DNA from: Enoplolaimus lenunculus
Lineage: Eukaryota
Length of the DNA: 64,000 bases
Reading direction: 5' to 3'
Assembly: GCA_030248215.1 (NCBI GenBank)
Contig: JASANG010000864.1
Span: 372,001-436,000 of the forward strand
Part shown: positions 63,568-64,000 of the stretch, piece by piece
How the letters are laid out: each line of letters opens with the position of its first letter
Position numbering within the stretch: the stretch's first letter is position 1
Translations under genes and position numbers: made by a program
The notes under the pieces: generated by a model
Told to the model about the DNA's origin: nothing
Database searches by the model: none
Seen by the model: the letters and a program-made list of their open reading frames with translations, nothing else

Positions 63568-64000
63568 CTGTAGTGACCCGAATCAAATGGAAGTAATCGT
63601 AGGGGATCCCCATTTTGAGTCCCAATCAATAGAACCTGTATCCGTAATAAGAGTCCGTAAGCGGATATAGTCTCTTAACCCTAATTATAGTCCGTAAATG
63701 TCAATTATCCCTAATTGTAGTGCGTAAATGACTTCAGGACCAAATAATTTGAGTTCGAAATTTTAAAGCGTACTGAAATTTTGAAAGTACATTCCTAAGT
63801 ATAGCTTTGCATTATCGCTCAAGCTATTGACATAAGACAAATACACGTTTAATTCAACGGATAGTTGCAATACCGAATATATCAGTAACGAAGAGCGGCG
63901 GGGAGCGGGTTAAAAATAAATAATCTGTAACCGAAGAACATGTCGGAACCCTCTTTAGAGGCCAAACAAATATACGTCCCCAGTCTTGTTCGGGTTGTCA
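63568..64000. mobile_element. TA-flanked MITE, reverse copy of 9357-9787
   Basis: TA|CTGTAGTGACCCGAAT start; interior is the reverse-complement homolog of 9357-9787; runs to the window end. Confidence 0.7.

Noticed and set aside
1..64000. Autonomous transposase or reverse transcriptase gene
   Set aside because: No long ORF with DDE, RT or helicase motifs; all elements seen are non-autonomous.

Overview
This is AT-rich, intron-containing eukaryotic DNA, almost certainly nematode: (TTAGGC)n telomere-type hexamers are everywhere and acceptors are TTTCAG-like. I assembled six spliced gene models by hand, each with consistent GT-AG sites and phases. (1-3) A minus-strand tandem cluster of three paralogous small secreted proteins, each a signal peptide plus one atypical Sushi/CCP domain (11366-26816). 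(4) A plus-strand secreted protein with two peritrophin-A/CBM14 chitin-binding domains (31316-33140). (5) A very large (~1090 aa) gustatory-receptor-superfamily 7TM gene on the minus strand (38353-48847). (6) A 545-aa UDP-glycosyltransferase on the minus strand (55500-61835). The rest is packed with non-autonomous DNA transposons (MITEs) of many families; no transposase ORF is visible. The most unusual observations: a head-to-tail 'train' of different MITEs joined by a palindromic junction with a 5-bp TTATA core (33.7-35.4 kb); dozens of Merlin-like MITEs carrying telomeric repeats; TTAA-flanked MITEs carrying a tRNA-derived Pol III cassette; tandem arrays made of copies of real splice acceptors; and a Cys-rich exon-like segment interrupted only by TGA codons. 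Most ORFs in the supplied track are repeat-derived artefacts. All calls come from reading the sequence; no database search was run.
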